From Dendrobates tinctorius (lineage: Eukaryota): a DNA stretch of 64,000 nucleotides. Every line of letters starts with the position of its first letter. The stretch's first letter is position 1. This document shows, one piece after another, positions 37,634-50,400 of the stretch. A model generated the notes under the pieces. That model was given only the letters and a program-made list of their open reading frames with translations. It was not told the DNA's origin and made no database searches. The position numbers and the translations under genes were made by a program. The stretch is from NCBI RefSeq assembly GCF_039654945.1, contig NW_027361798.1, positions 3,906,001 to 3,970,000 of the forward strand. Reading direction: 5' to 3'.

Positions 37634-38269
37634 TTATTTCTTGGCCACGGGCTTCTTGGATTTAGCCGCCTTCTTAGCCGGAGTCCTGGCAGCTTTGGGT
37701 TTTGCCGCCTTCTTAGCGGGGCTCTTTGTCACCTTCTTGGGCTTCGGAGCGGCCTTCGGCTTCTTAGGGCTCTTGGCTGCTTTTTTGGCTGCAGCGGGCT
37801 TCTTGGCCTTTTTCGGGCTCTTCTTGGCCGCGGTCGGAGCCTTCTTGGGCTTCTTCGGGGATTTGGCCGCTTTCTTGGCTGCGGGTTTCTTGGCCGCAGC
37901 CGCCGGCTTTTTCTTGTCCTTGGTCTCCTGCTTCTTGTTCAGCTTGAATGACCCGGAGGCGCCGCTGCCCTTTATCTGGAGCAGGGCGCCCTTGGTGACC
38001 AGACCCCTGACGGCCAGCTTCAGGCGGCTGTTATTCTTCTCCACATCGTACCCTCCGGCAGCCAGAGCCTTCTTCAGGGAGGCCAGAGACACCCCGCTGC
38101 GCTCCTTGGAGGCGGACACGGCTTTGACTATCAGCTCGGACACGCTGGGGCCGGAGGGCTTCTTGCTCTTCTTGGCGCTCCCTGCAGCGGGTTTCTTTAC
38201 CTGCTTCTTGGACTTGGCAGCCGGTTCGGCGGGAGGAGGAGGAGCGGCGGCTGGCGCGGTCTCTGCCAT
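37634..38269 (-). CDS. H1: Somatic linker histone H1 (211 aa)
   Basis: [10 protein letters not shown]; globular domain [23 protein letters not shown]...GASGSFKL; K/A/P-rich tail. TATA near 38342 and CCAAT near 38366 and 38399 on the - strand. Confidence 0.98.
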   Translation of the reverse strand: MAETAPAAAPPPPAEPAAKSKKQVKKPAAGSAKKSKKPSGPSVSELIVKAVSASKERSGVSLASLKKALAAGGYDVEKNNSRLKLAVRGLVTKGALLQIKGSGASGSFKLNKKQETKDKKKPAAAAKKPAAKKAAKSPKKPKKAPTAAKKSPKKAKKPAAAKKAAKSPKKPKAAPKPKKVTKSPAKKAAKPKAARTPAKKAAKSKKPVAKK

Positions 38270-39524
38270 TGTGTAACGAGGAACTGCCAGAATAATCTTC
38301 TGCAAGGAAAACACTGAGGACTGAGCGGGAGCAGCCTCATATATACAGTCACACTGCGCACTGATTGGCTGCCGAGCTGCGTCCTCCTGAGCTTCTATTG
38401 GCTGACACTGGACACAGGCCCCGCACCTCCTGTCTGAGACGGGTGAAGCTCCGCTCTCCCCTTGTGCTTCCTTGCCCGGGATAAGCGTCCATTACCGGCC
38501 AGGACCGGGCAGCAGAGCCGCTGTCTCCGTGTCCTCCTCCTCCCTGACATCTCCCCCACATGTCTATAGAGGTCACTGGCGGAGGAGGCAGGAAGGAGCC
38601 GGGAGGAGCCCCGGGATCTGCCCGTAGTCCTGGAGCTGCTGAGAGGCCAGAAGGAGACACAGGCGCCCATCAATCCCAGTGTGTCCAGATCTCTGTATCC
38701 AGCGCCATCGGGAGCATTGCAGAGTGATCAGCGCTATATGGCAGAAGACCGCACTATATGGAGGTCGGGTTTGCTGCAAGATCCGGAGTGTATTCCGCCT
38801 TGTTCGATGCTAACAGCACCATCTGGACGGAGACAGCACTGTATGGGGGTATATGCAGCAGTCTATCCAGGAATAGAGACTATATGGAGGGCTATTAGCG
38901 CTATATGGAGGTATACAGTACTTCTTGAAGGGTATATACCAAAACATGTGTATGGATCGGTAATTGGCTGTATACAGCACGGTGTTACAGAAGTATATGG
39001 AGATCTCCAGCATTTACAGCCAGATAGGGCGGTATACTGCATGATATTGATTTTACAGCACTATATGGAGGTATGCAGTCCCGTATGGTGATATATAGCA
39101 GTGTATGATGTGTAAACAGCAGTATATACAGCCCTATATGGAGGTGTCAGCACTATGTTGGATTCTTCACTATTCGGGGCTGTATAGCAGTATAGAGGGC
39201 GCTTACGGCACTTTATGGAGATATACATGACTATATGGAGGTAATCGGCATTATAGTGAGGGTATTCAACCTTATCTATAGATTAGACAGATTTTTCTGG
39301 AATCCTTGCTGCAGTATATGAGTATTCAGCACTAGATGGCAGTATACAGCATATGTGGCCTCTGTAGTGCTGTATACCGCCCAGTATGGAGTCAGCTGAG
39401 GATAAACGGGAATTCCACACTCCCTGGTGCTGCGGCCACTGGAGACAATCAGCGCTGGGATCTCCCAATATGTACGCCGCCTGGAGTCACTGAGAATACA
39501 TCCAGTAACACCGACCATGAACCT

Positions 39525-40752
39525 GCACTAATAGAGGATTATACCCACTGTGCCAGGCACTAATAGACGGTTATACCCACTGTGCCAGGCACTAATAGAG
39601 GATTATACCCACTGTGCCAAGCACTAATAGATGGTTATACCCACTGTGCCAAGCACTAATAGAGGATTATACCCACTGTGCCAAGCACTAATAGAGGATT
39701 ATACCCACTGTGCCAAGCACTAATAGAGGATTATACCCACTGTGCCTCCAAGCACTAATAGAGGATTATACCCACTGTGTCAAGCACTAATAGGGGATTA
39801 TACCCACTGTGACAGGCACTAATAGAGGATTATACCCGCTGTGCCAAGCACTAATAGGGGATTATACCCACTGTGCCAGGCACTAATAGAGGATTATACC
39901 CACTGTGCCAAGCACTAATAGGGGATTATACCCACTGTGCCAGGCACTAATAGGGGATTATACCCACTGTGCCAAGCACTAATAGAGGATTATATCCACT
40001 GTGCCAAGCACTAATAGATGATTATACTCACTGTGACAAGCACTAATAGAGGATTATACCCACTGTGCCAAGCACTAATAGGGGATTATACCCACTGTGC
40101 CAAGCAATAATAGGGGATTATACCGACTGTGCCAAGCACTAATAGAGGATTATACCCGCTGTGCCAAGCACTAATAGAGGATTATACCCACTGTGCCAGG
40201 CACTAATAGAGGATTATACCCGCTGTGCCAAGCACTAATAGGGGATTATACCCACTGTGCCAGGCACTAATAGAGGATTATACCCACTGTGCCAAGCACT
40301 AATAGGGGATTATACCCACTGTGCCAGGCACTAATAGAGGGTTATACCCACTGTGCCAGGCACTAATAGAGGATTATACCCACTGTGCCAGGCACTAATA
40401 GAGGATTATATCCACTGTGCCAAGCACTAATAGATGATTATACTCACTGTGACAAGCACAAATAGAGGATTATACCCACTGTGCCAAGCACTAATAGGGG
40501 ATTATACCCACTGTGCCAAGCACTAATAGAGGATTATACCCGCTGTGCCAAGCACTAATAGGGGATTATACCGACTGTGCCAAGCACTAATAGAGGATTA
40601 TATCCACTGTGCCAAGCACTAATAGATGATTATACTCACTGTGACAAGCACTAATAGAGGATTATACCCACTGTGCCAAGCACTAATGGGGGATTATACC
40701 CACTGTGCCAAGCACTAATAGAGGATTATACCCACTGTGCCAGGCACTCATA
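39525..40752 (+). repeat. 32-bp satellite array
   Basis: Same monomer, fairly homogeneous. Confidence 0.97.
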
Positions 40753-41104
40753 GCTCTCCGGTCAGGTGGAGGCGTCTGACTGATGATGATCTCCCAGAGA
40801 TTGAATTATTTCCAGGCCGGAATCTCACATTGTCAGTAATTTCTCGTTCCTCCAGCGGCGCTGACAGGACGAGGTTTGCGGAATTTTCTTGTTAGCATAA
40901 TACAGAGAAGCGGGAAATTCACATCACCAACTGTCCTGTGCTCAGCCAATCAGCGAGAAAGGGGAGGGGCTGAAAATGCCAATTCAGGAAAACAAACATC
41001 TCCGTTACGCGTCATCACTGTGCAGTTTTCACTCCGGTCCGCCTAGCCTCCATATAAAGCAGGACTCAGCGCTGACCCCTTACAGTCGTCTGAAGATTTC
41101 CTGA

Positions 41105-41419
<315 letters not shown>

Positions 41420-41451
41420 TTGTATCCTCGTCTCTGTCCTGACAACCCAAA

Positions 41452-41491
41452 GGCTCTTCTCAGAGCCGCCCACATCTCACGTGAGAGGCTG
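41452..41491 (+). terminator. Histone stem-loop and HDE (H4 copy 2)
   Basis: GGCTCTTCTCAGAGCC at 41452-41467. Confidence 0.93.
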
Positions 41492-42027
41492 CAATTCCCG
41501 CTGGGGTCTAGCGGTCGCTGCTGGTGTGATCGCCGGGACCGGCTTGTGACGTTGCGCATTGGGGGAGACGTTCTCTCTTCTGGAGCTGATCCAGTGAGTA
41601 GTCTCAGTGTGAGGTGGGGCACAGATGATCCGGGTGTATGGGGGAATCGATCGGCCGCACAGTCACCTCCTATGATGCTGCAGTTACTACAGAGCAGAAA
41701 TCCGAGTGCTGGTAATAAATGTGGTTGTGCCACGTCTCCTGCTGCTGAGATCCTGTGGGTTGTAGGATGGCTGCGAAGAGTGGAATGCGGCTGCACTGAT
41801 GAATGGACGCCGGTGTGAACGCTACTGAGCAGCGGCTCAGGATTGGGGTATCAACAGGATACCTACATGCGATGAGAGGGGCTGTTTCTGCGCCACCACA
41901 TGGGCAGGGAGGGACGGTGCAGGAATACAGGGTCGCTCTGCCTGTGATCAGGAGAACATCTGCCCACATCACACTTTGCGCCAATCACCGGATCTAAATC
42001 CCGGAGCAAATTATCAAATACAGGAAT

Positions 42028-42613
42028 ATACCCACTGTGCCAACTGCTAATAGCAGGAATTATATCCACTGAGTCACCCACTAGAAAGATATATAGAGGA
42101 TTATATTCACTGTGCCAGACACTAATAGAGGATTATAATAATGCAAAGCACTAATTGAGGATTATACCCACTGTGCCGAGCACTAATAGCGTATTTTAAC
42201 CACTGTGCCAGGCACTAATAGAGGGTTATACCCACTGTGCCAAGTACTAATAGCAGATTGTACCCACTGTCTCAAGCACTAATACCAGAGGATTATACCC
42301 ATTGAACCAAGCACTAATAGCAGAGGATTTTTACCTACTGTGCCAAGCACTAATAGAGGATTATACTCACTCTGCCAGGTACTAATAGAGGATTTTACTT
42401 ACTGTGCCAAGCACTAATAGATGATTATACCCACTGTGCCAAGCACTAATAGATTATTATATTCACAATGCCAGGCACTAATAGAGGATTATACCCACTG
42501 TGCCAAGCACTAATAGAGGATTATGCCAATCAATACAATCACTAATAGAGGATTTTTACCCACTGTCTCAAGCACTAATACCAGAGGATTTTACCCACTG
42601 TGCCAAGCACTAA
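42028..42613 (+). repeat. Degenerate 32-bp satellite
   Basis: Same monomer family. Confidence 0.9.
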
Positions 42614-45004
42614 CCCTAACCCCGGCACAAGGCGCATAATGCTTCAAGTGACCAAGCAAGGCTGGGATTATCGGCTCTGTGGTGGGATCGGCGCCCACAC
42701 AGAGGATCCGGCCCGGTGATTGTACAGAGACTAGTGTTTAGCATTCCGATACCGCAAGTATCGGGTATCGGCCGATATTCGCAGTATCGTAATTCCAATA
42801 CTGAGTACCGATACTTTTAGCATATCGAGTACTGGAATCGGAAGTTCCCATAATGCTATGAGCCAGTTTGATTTGATTCAGCCAATGAGGAATCCTCAGA
42901 AGTGTGGGCACATCCTGTTAGGCATGTAGGCATGTTAACTAATGGCATGGCTGTGATTGGCTGCTGAAATGATGTCATGATGCACTATAAAAGCCGCCCC
43001 CATTTAGGGTTCACTCTGCTGTGAATTCAGTTAGGGACAGGCTGCTGATCAAGACTCTGAGGGACAGTTAGAGATAGCGATTTGCTATATTGTGCTTTAC
43101 CCAGGCTACATTATCAATCACTGTAGCTTTCTTTTGCCTTGCAGCGCTGTTCACAGCTGTCTGCAAGGTCTGTGTGAGTGCAGCTCACGGTGTAGTGTGT
43201 TCTGCACCCACCTCTGGTTGTAGGCCGCTCAGTGTGCGTCACTGCCTCATACTGTATATGTTTTGTTTTTTTTTATTGCTGCTCATTTTTCCTGATTTCT
43301 CCTATTAGTGTGCATCCATCCGTATCCATCTACATTGGTTGCAAACACTATAGGAGTAGACAGCGGAGCCTTTCTGCAGCCTGTCAGTGCTAGTGCCCAG
43401 TTCTCTGCACTGTTCACGGCTGTCTGTGAGGTCTCTGTGTGTGAGTGCAGCTCACGTTGTAGTGTGTTCTGCAGCCACCTCTGGTTGTAGTCCGCTCAGC
43501 GTGCGTCACTGCCTCATACATAGTCCTTTTTTTGTTTTATTGCAGCTCATTTTTCCTGATTTTTTTTCTCCTATTAGTGTGCTTCCATCCGTATCCATCT
43601 ACATTGGTTGGTTGCAAACACTATATAGAAGTAGATAGAGGAGCCTTTTTTCTGGCTTGTGCCCTGCAGCTGCAGCCAGATTAGTATTAGCCTATTTTTT
43701 GGAGCCTCATCTATTGCATTGTAGGTTACCTTCCTGCATTGTAATAGCTCCAAAAAGTTAGAGATACTATCACTTTCAAATCTTTGGTCACATCCTTTTT
43801 GGGTTTTTTTTAAAAAAACACGTAAATAAAGTTCACCAAACACTCCACTTGACACTTGTGTAGGCCACATTAGCTCATATTAAAGTGTAGTCCACACACT
43901 TCATAAAATTAGTGTTTCTTATACCTGTTAGCAGCAGTTCAGGAATAAGCACACAAAGGCCCCCCTTTGTCCTTTTCTGCCTATCTTTATCAGTCTACCA
44001 AGATGAAGAAGGCAGGGAGTAAGGCACGTGGTCATGGCCGTGGAGTTTCAGCAGGGAGAGGACGTGGGGATTCTGTGCCTGCTGCGGGCACCAGTGACCC
44101 GGCATCCCCCACTTTTACCAGGCAACAGTCCTTCATGCGCAGCTTTGTAGGACCTCGCCGTACCCCACTGCTGCGTGACGAACAAATTGAAGCCGTTGTC
44201 GGATGGATGGCAGCTAACGCATCCACTTCAATGACTTCCACATCCTCTCAGGGCCAGAGCACCGAAGAGCAACCATCTGTCTCTTCACCACCTGCCAAAT
44301 TGCCCAGGCAGTCAGAGAGCCCTGGACAGGAGCCATCTCAATCTTTACTTCTGTTCTCAGAATCTGTTGGCTTGGAAAGAGGGGGCCAGCCAAGCAGCAT
44401 TCTAGAATGTGAAGAAGAGGGAGTATGCAGTGATGCGCAACTTCTTTGTCCCTCTGAATCTGAAGAGGCGGGTGGGCCAGTGCCTATGATCAGCACACCT
44501 CTGTATGCCTCACATGATGAGACTCAGATGCCACTTTCTGGTGCGTACGGTGCTGCCGAGACTACCCAGGAGAAGCAGGTGTTTGAAGAGGGGAGTGTAG
44601 ATGATGAGGTCCTTGACCCATCATGGTGTGAGGAACAGGAAGGTGGTGGGAGCAGCTCTGAGGAAGAGATTCCCCGAACGGCCAAGACAGGAGGGAGAGG
44701 GCGGGGGCAGACTTGGTTGCCTGTAGCCTCCACTTCGGCACCCGTTAGGAGCATTCCTCTTCCAAAACCCAAAACGGGCGCTCCCAGGACTTGCAGTGCG
44801 TGGTCCTTTTTTGACACAGTTGCAGATGACATTTGCTTTGTCAAATGCAAGCTGTGTCATCAGAAAGTCAAAAGAGGGAAAAGTGTCAGCAACCTCAATA
44901 CCACTAATATGTGGAAACATGTGCGGACCAAGCACGAGGTGGAGTTACACAGACACACTGAAGACGTAGGTCAACGTACAGCACCACCTACCACCTCTTC
45001 AGCT

Positions 45005-46310
45005 TAGAATCATAGAATCGTAGAGTTGGAAGGGACCTCCTGGGCCATCTGGTCCAACCCCCTGCTCAAAGCAGGATTCGCTAAATCATCCCAGTCAGAT
45101 GCCTGTCCAGCCTCTGTTTGAAGACTTCCATTGAAGGAGAACTCACCACTTCTCGTGGCAGCCTGTTCCACTCATTGATCACTCTAACTGTCAAAAAGTT
45201 TTTTCTAATATCTAATCTATGTCTTCTCCCATTCAGTTTCATCCCATTGCTTCTAGTCTTTCCTTGTGCAAATGAGAATAAAGTTGATCCTTCTACAATG
45301 TGACAGCCCTTTAGATATTTGAAGACAGCTATTAAGTCTCCTCTCAGTCTTCTCTTTTGCAAACTAAACATTCCCAAATCCTGCAACCTTTCCTCATAAG
45401 ACAGGGTTTGCAGATCGGTCACCATTCTGGTCGCTCTTTTCTGAACTTGCTCCAGTTTGTTGATGTCTTTTTTAAAATGTGGTGCCCAAAACTGGACACA
45501 ATATTCCAGATGAGGTCTGACCAAAGAGGAGTAGAGGGAAATAATGACTTCACGTGATCTAGACTGTATGCTTCTGTTAATACATCCTAGAATTGCATTT
45601 GCCTTTTTTGCTGCTGCACCACACTGTTGACTCATATTCAGTCTGTAATCTATTAGTATACCCAAATCTTTTTCACATGTGCTGTTGCTTAGGCCTATTC
45701 CTCCCATTCTATATATGCTTTTTTCATTTTTATTGCCCAGATGTAGTACTTTGCATTTCTCCCTGTTAAAAACCATTCTGTTAGTTGCTGCCCACTTCTC
45801 CAGTTTATTTAAATCTTTTTGAATCCTCTCTCTCTCTTCTCTAGTATTAGCTATCCCTCCTAGCTTTGTGTCATCAGCAAATTTAATCAGTTTACCCTCA
45901 ATTCCTTCATCTAAATCGTTGATAAAGATGTTGAACAATACAGGGCCCAGGACAGAGCCCTGTGGTACCCCACTTGAGACATTCTTCCAACTGGATGTGC
46001 AGCCATTTACGACCACTCTTTGGGTCCGATCAGTAAGCCAGTTATGAATCCACCTAACAGTTGCCTTGTCCATTCCATACTTAGTCATTTTTTCAATAAG
46101 GATTGTATGAGAGACTTTGTCAAATGCTTTGCTGAAGTCAAGATATACTATATCTACAGCATTTCCTTGATCCACGCAATCAGTGATTCCGTCATAGAAG
46201 GAAATTAAGTTAGTCTGACATGACTTATTAGTTACAAACCCATGCTGACTCTGTTTAATCACTTCATTCTTATCCAGGTACTGACATACATGTTGTTTAA
46301 TAATTTGTTA
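45005..46310 (-). mobile_element. 5'-truncated CR1 LINE
   Basis: RT ORF 46262-45081; tail TAGAATCATAGAATC at 45005; flanked by an AGCT duplication. Confidence 0.96.
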
Positions 46311-47465
46311 AGCTTGTGTTGGGGCCTCTTCCTCCAGCTCACACACAGCTGGTTCGGCTTCCTCACAGGATCGCCATGGAAGAACCTCTGGCACTGTTGT
46401 CCGGAGACCCTGTGACATTCCACCCACAGCACCACGTTCCCTGTCATCCTCACACTCCCATGCCACTCTACAGCCATCGGTCGCACAGGCATGGGAGAAA
46501 AGGCGGCCATACTCGGCAAACCATCCCCGACCACAGGCTCTGAATGCTAGCATTGCCAAACTACTGGCCCTTGAAATGCTCTCATTCAGGCTGGTGGAGA
46601 CTGACACCTTCCGGAACTTCATGGCATTGGCAGTCCCACAATACACCGTGCCCAGCCGCTTTTATTTCAGCAGGCGAGCCGTCCCTGCCCTGCAAAAACA
46701 TGTGGAGGGAAAAATAAAACATGCGCTACTAAACGCCGTCAGTAGCAAGGTCCACCTGACCACTGATGCGTGGACCAATAACCATGGACAGGGACGATAC
46801 CTTTCCCTCACTGCCCATTGGGTCAATGTTGTGGAGCCGGGTACAGATCTGGAGAGTGGCTCTGTACGTGTTCTGCCAACTCCACGGATTGCAGGAATCC
46901 AGTCTGTACACATAGACTCCTCCTCCTACTCCAGTTCCTCTGAAACAGCGCAGCAGGAGCCTGTTACGACCGATATGAGCACAGCCGTGGCCAAACGTCA
47001 ACACGCCGTACTGAAATTAATTTCTTTGGGGAATCGAAGCCACACAGCGCAGGAGCTCTGGAATGCCATCAAGCAGGAGAGCGACGTGTGGTTTGTGCCA
47101 GCGAATCTCCAGCCAGGCTTGGTAGTGTGTGACAATGGCCGAAATCTGGTGGCAGCTCTGGGCCTAGACAACCTCACTCACATCCCATGTCTGGCACATG
47201 TGCTCAACTTGGTCATGCAGAGCTTTCTGAGGGACTATCCGGATCTTGATGCACTGCTGCACAAGGTCCGCATAGAGTGCGCTCACTTTCAGCGTTCCAG
47301 CATGGCAAGATCGCGCCTTGCTGCTCTGCAGTGCCGATTATGCCTTCCAGAACATCGCATCATATGTGACCTCCCCACCAGGTGGAATTCAACGTTACAT
47401 ATGTTGGAGCGATTGTGTGAGCAGCAGGCAGCAGTCATGGAGTACCAGCTGCATCAGGCGCAAAC

Positions 47466-50400
47466 TGTTAGGACGGCGGAACGCACCAAATATAAAATAA
47501 CAGGAGGTGCGTTCGACGCCCGGAGTCCACCGTGCGGTAGGTGACAAGACCGCTGCTGAACAATGGCAGATGCACCTAATCTATGAGGTACTGCGCTCGG
47601 GTTAACGTCACCCGAACGCTAAGGACGGCTCTGTTCTGGCACAGAGTCGCAAGGAACAATGTGATGCCGAGACGCGGCTCTGTTAATGTCACAGAGGCCT
47701 GCGTGTGGCGTCGCGACAGCGACCAAGAGTAGCTGCGGTTAGTGCGGCGCAGCGGCAGGTAAAGCCGCAGACGTCGGCGCTGAGACATAAGCGCCGACGG
47801 ACGCTAGTGTAGGCGAGGATCACGTGGCGTGTAGCTTGACACAGGCTGAGACTGACTATCCAACTCTCTGTCACCATTCGTAATATCCGAGGGAAGGGGT
47901 TTCATAATGCGTCAGTCACCAGTCCACACATCCATCACCATACACACACAGCATAATATGCTACACTAGCGCATCGCCGAGCCGCTATGCGGGCTTTTTA
48001 TAGCGATGCGCTTCCAGGACCTTCCATTAGCTTGGGAAGGACCAATCAGATCCGACGTAGGACCTGAGCATGTGACCCCTGCTCTCCAGTGAGAGGTCAA
48101 GTCTCGGGCATGCCCAGTAGCACGGCATGAGGACCTAGCCTCAGGAGCAGTTCCCTGCAGAGCAGGTTGCGCTGCTATTACTGCACCAGAGGTGGCAGCA
48201 ACATCCAGGCTGTCAGAGCGAGTCTGAGCAGCAAGTCTGGCTCGCCGTGTTTGCTGAGCAACACCTGGAGCGGTTGGGGAAGAATGGGAGACTGCAGGAT
48301 GTCTGGCTCTGGACTCCCGCTGTGCAGTGCCAGGAATCTGACGCCTAACATTACCCCCCCCCCCCCCCCAGGGTTGCCTCACTGCGCTCAAAAGCCACGA
48401 CCGGGAGCGGTGCATGAATGTTCTCCACCGGCTCCCATGTCCGAGCCTCGGGACCATTACCCTTCCAGTCCACCATATACAACTTTTTGCCACGGACAAA
48501 CCTACGCCCCACTATGGCGTTAACCTCATACTCGTCAGACGATAAGTCTGATGAACTGGTGGATGGCTCAGAAAACCGGACCATGTGAACTGGTTTGAGG
48601 AGGGACACATGAAACACGTCCGATATGGCCAAATGTGGAGGAAGAGCCAGGCGGTAGACCACTGAGCTGAGTCGCTCGAGGACTTTGAACGGTCCAATGT
48701 ATCGTGGTGCGAATTTGGGAGACTCGACCCGCAATTTAATGTTCCGGGTGGAGAGCCACACCATGTCGCAAGGGGAGAAGCTTGGCGCGAGTCGCCGGTG
48801 CGTGTCGGCGGACGCCCTCATCCTTTCTTTAGATGCCCGGATAGCATCCTGCGTGTGATCCCAAATGTCCCGGGCCTCCACTGCCCAGTCTGCCACCCTG
48901 GAGTCAGTGGAGGACACCGGCATTGGGACAGGAATGCGTGGGTGTTAACCATAACTTAGGAGAAAAGGCGTCTGACCAGTGGAATCGGCCGCCGCATTGT
49001 TTAGGGCAAACTCAGCCCAAGGTAGCAAGGATGCCCAGTCATCCTGCCTGGCAGAGACAAAATGTCGTAGATAGGTGACCATGGTCTGATTGGCCCTTTC
49101 GACCAAGCCATTCGTCTCGGGATGGTAGGCGGAAGACAGATTTAGCTCGATGCTGAGTAAGCTGCAGAGCTCCCTCCAAAAACGAGACGCAAACTGGGGG
49201 CCTTGGTCACTTACGATTTTGTCCGGCATACCATGTAGACGGAACACATGCTTAATGAACAGGATGGCCAGACCTCGGGCGGAGGGTAGGCGTGCGAGTG
49301 GCACCAGATATACCATTTTGGAAAAATGGTCGGTAACCACCCAGATGACCGTACTGCCACTGGACTTGGGCAGGCCAACTATAAAGTCCATGCCCACCTT
49401 TTCCCATGGTCTATCCGCTACTGGCAGGGGAAACAAGAGCCCCGCCGGCCTCTGTCTAGAGGGCCTGTTCCGGGCACACGAGACGCATGCTTTCACGTAT
49501 GCCTTGACGTCTCGAGCCATATGTGGCCACCAATATGACCTTGCCAGGAGTTCGGTGGTCCGTTTATTACCAAAATGGCCACCTAGCCTGGAGGCATGTG
49601 CCCAGGCAAGAACCTCCGGCCGTAGCTGGGGGGGCACCAAGGTCTTGCCTGGCGGTACCGACTCGAAAGCGATAGGAGCCACGGTCGTAAAACTCTCCGG
49701 AAGGAGAATTAACCGAGGCTCAGCTTCTCCTTCTTCCGCTGAGACCACCGAGCACGAGAGGGCATCTGTTCGGATGTTCTTCTCCCCGGAGAGGTAGTGC
49801 AGGGTAAAGCGGAAGCGAGAGAAGAAGAGCGACCACCTGGCCTGACGGGAATTCAGGCGTTGAGCCGTCTGAAGATTGACCAGGTTTTTGTGGTCCGTGA
49901 ACACCTGAAAGGGGAACCGGGCTCCCTCCAGGAGATGTCTCCACTCGGAGAAAGACAATTTTATGGCCAGCAGCTCCCTGTCGCCGATGGAGTAATTTTT
50001 CTCCGCCGGTGAGAAGGTCTTAGAATAGAAGAAGCAGGGATGCTTCCGACCTTGAGCATCCTTTTGGTAAAGGACTGCTCCTGCACCGACAGAAGAAGCG
50101 TCTACCTAAAGGATAAACGGCTTATCCACATCGGGACGGTGTAAAATGGGAGCGCCTGCAAAGTGGGACTTTATGGAGGAAAAAGCCTTAGAAACCTGTT
50201 CGGTCCACGCCTTAGGATTAGCTCCTTTTTTCGTGAGAGCAACCAAAGGAGCTACCAGAGTGGAGAAGTGGGGTATAAACTGACGGTAATAATTGACGAA
50301 CCCCAAAAAGCGCTGCACCGCTTTAAGAGAATGGGGTTCCTGCTAGTCCATAACCGCTTGCAGTTTGGCCGGATCCATAGCCAACCACTGGGCCGAGATG

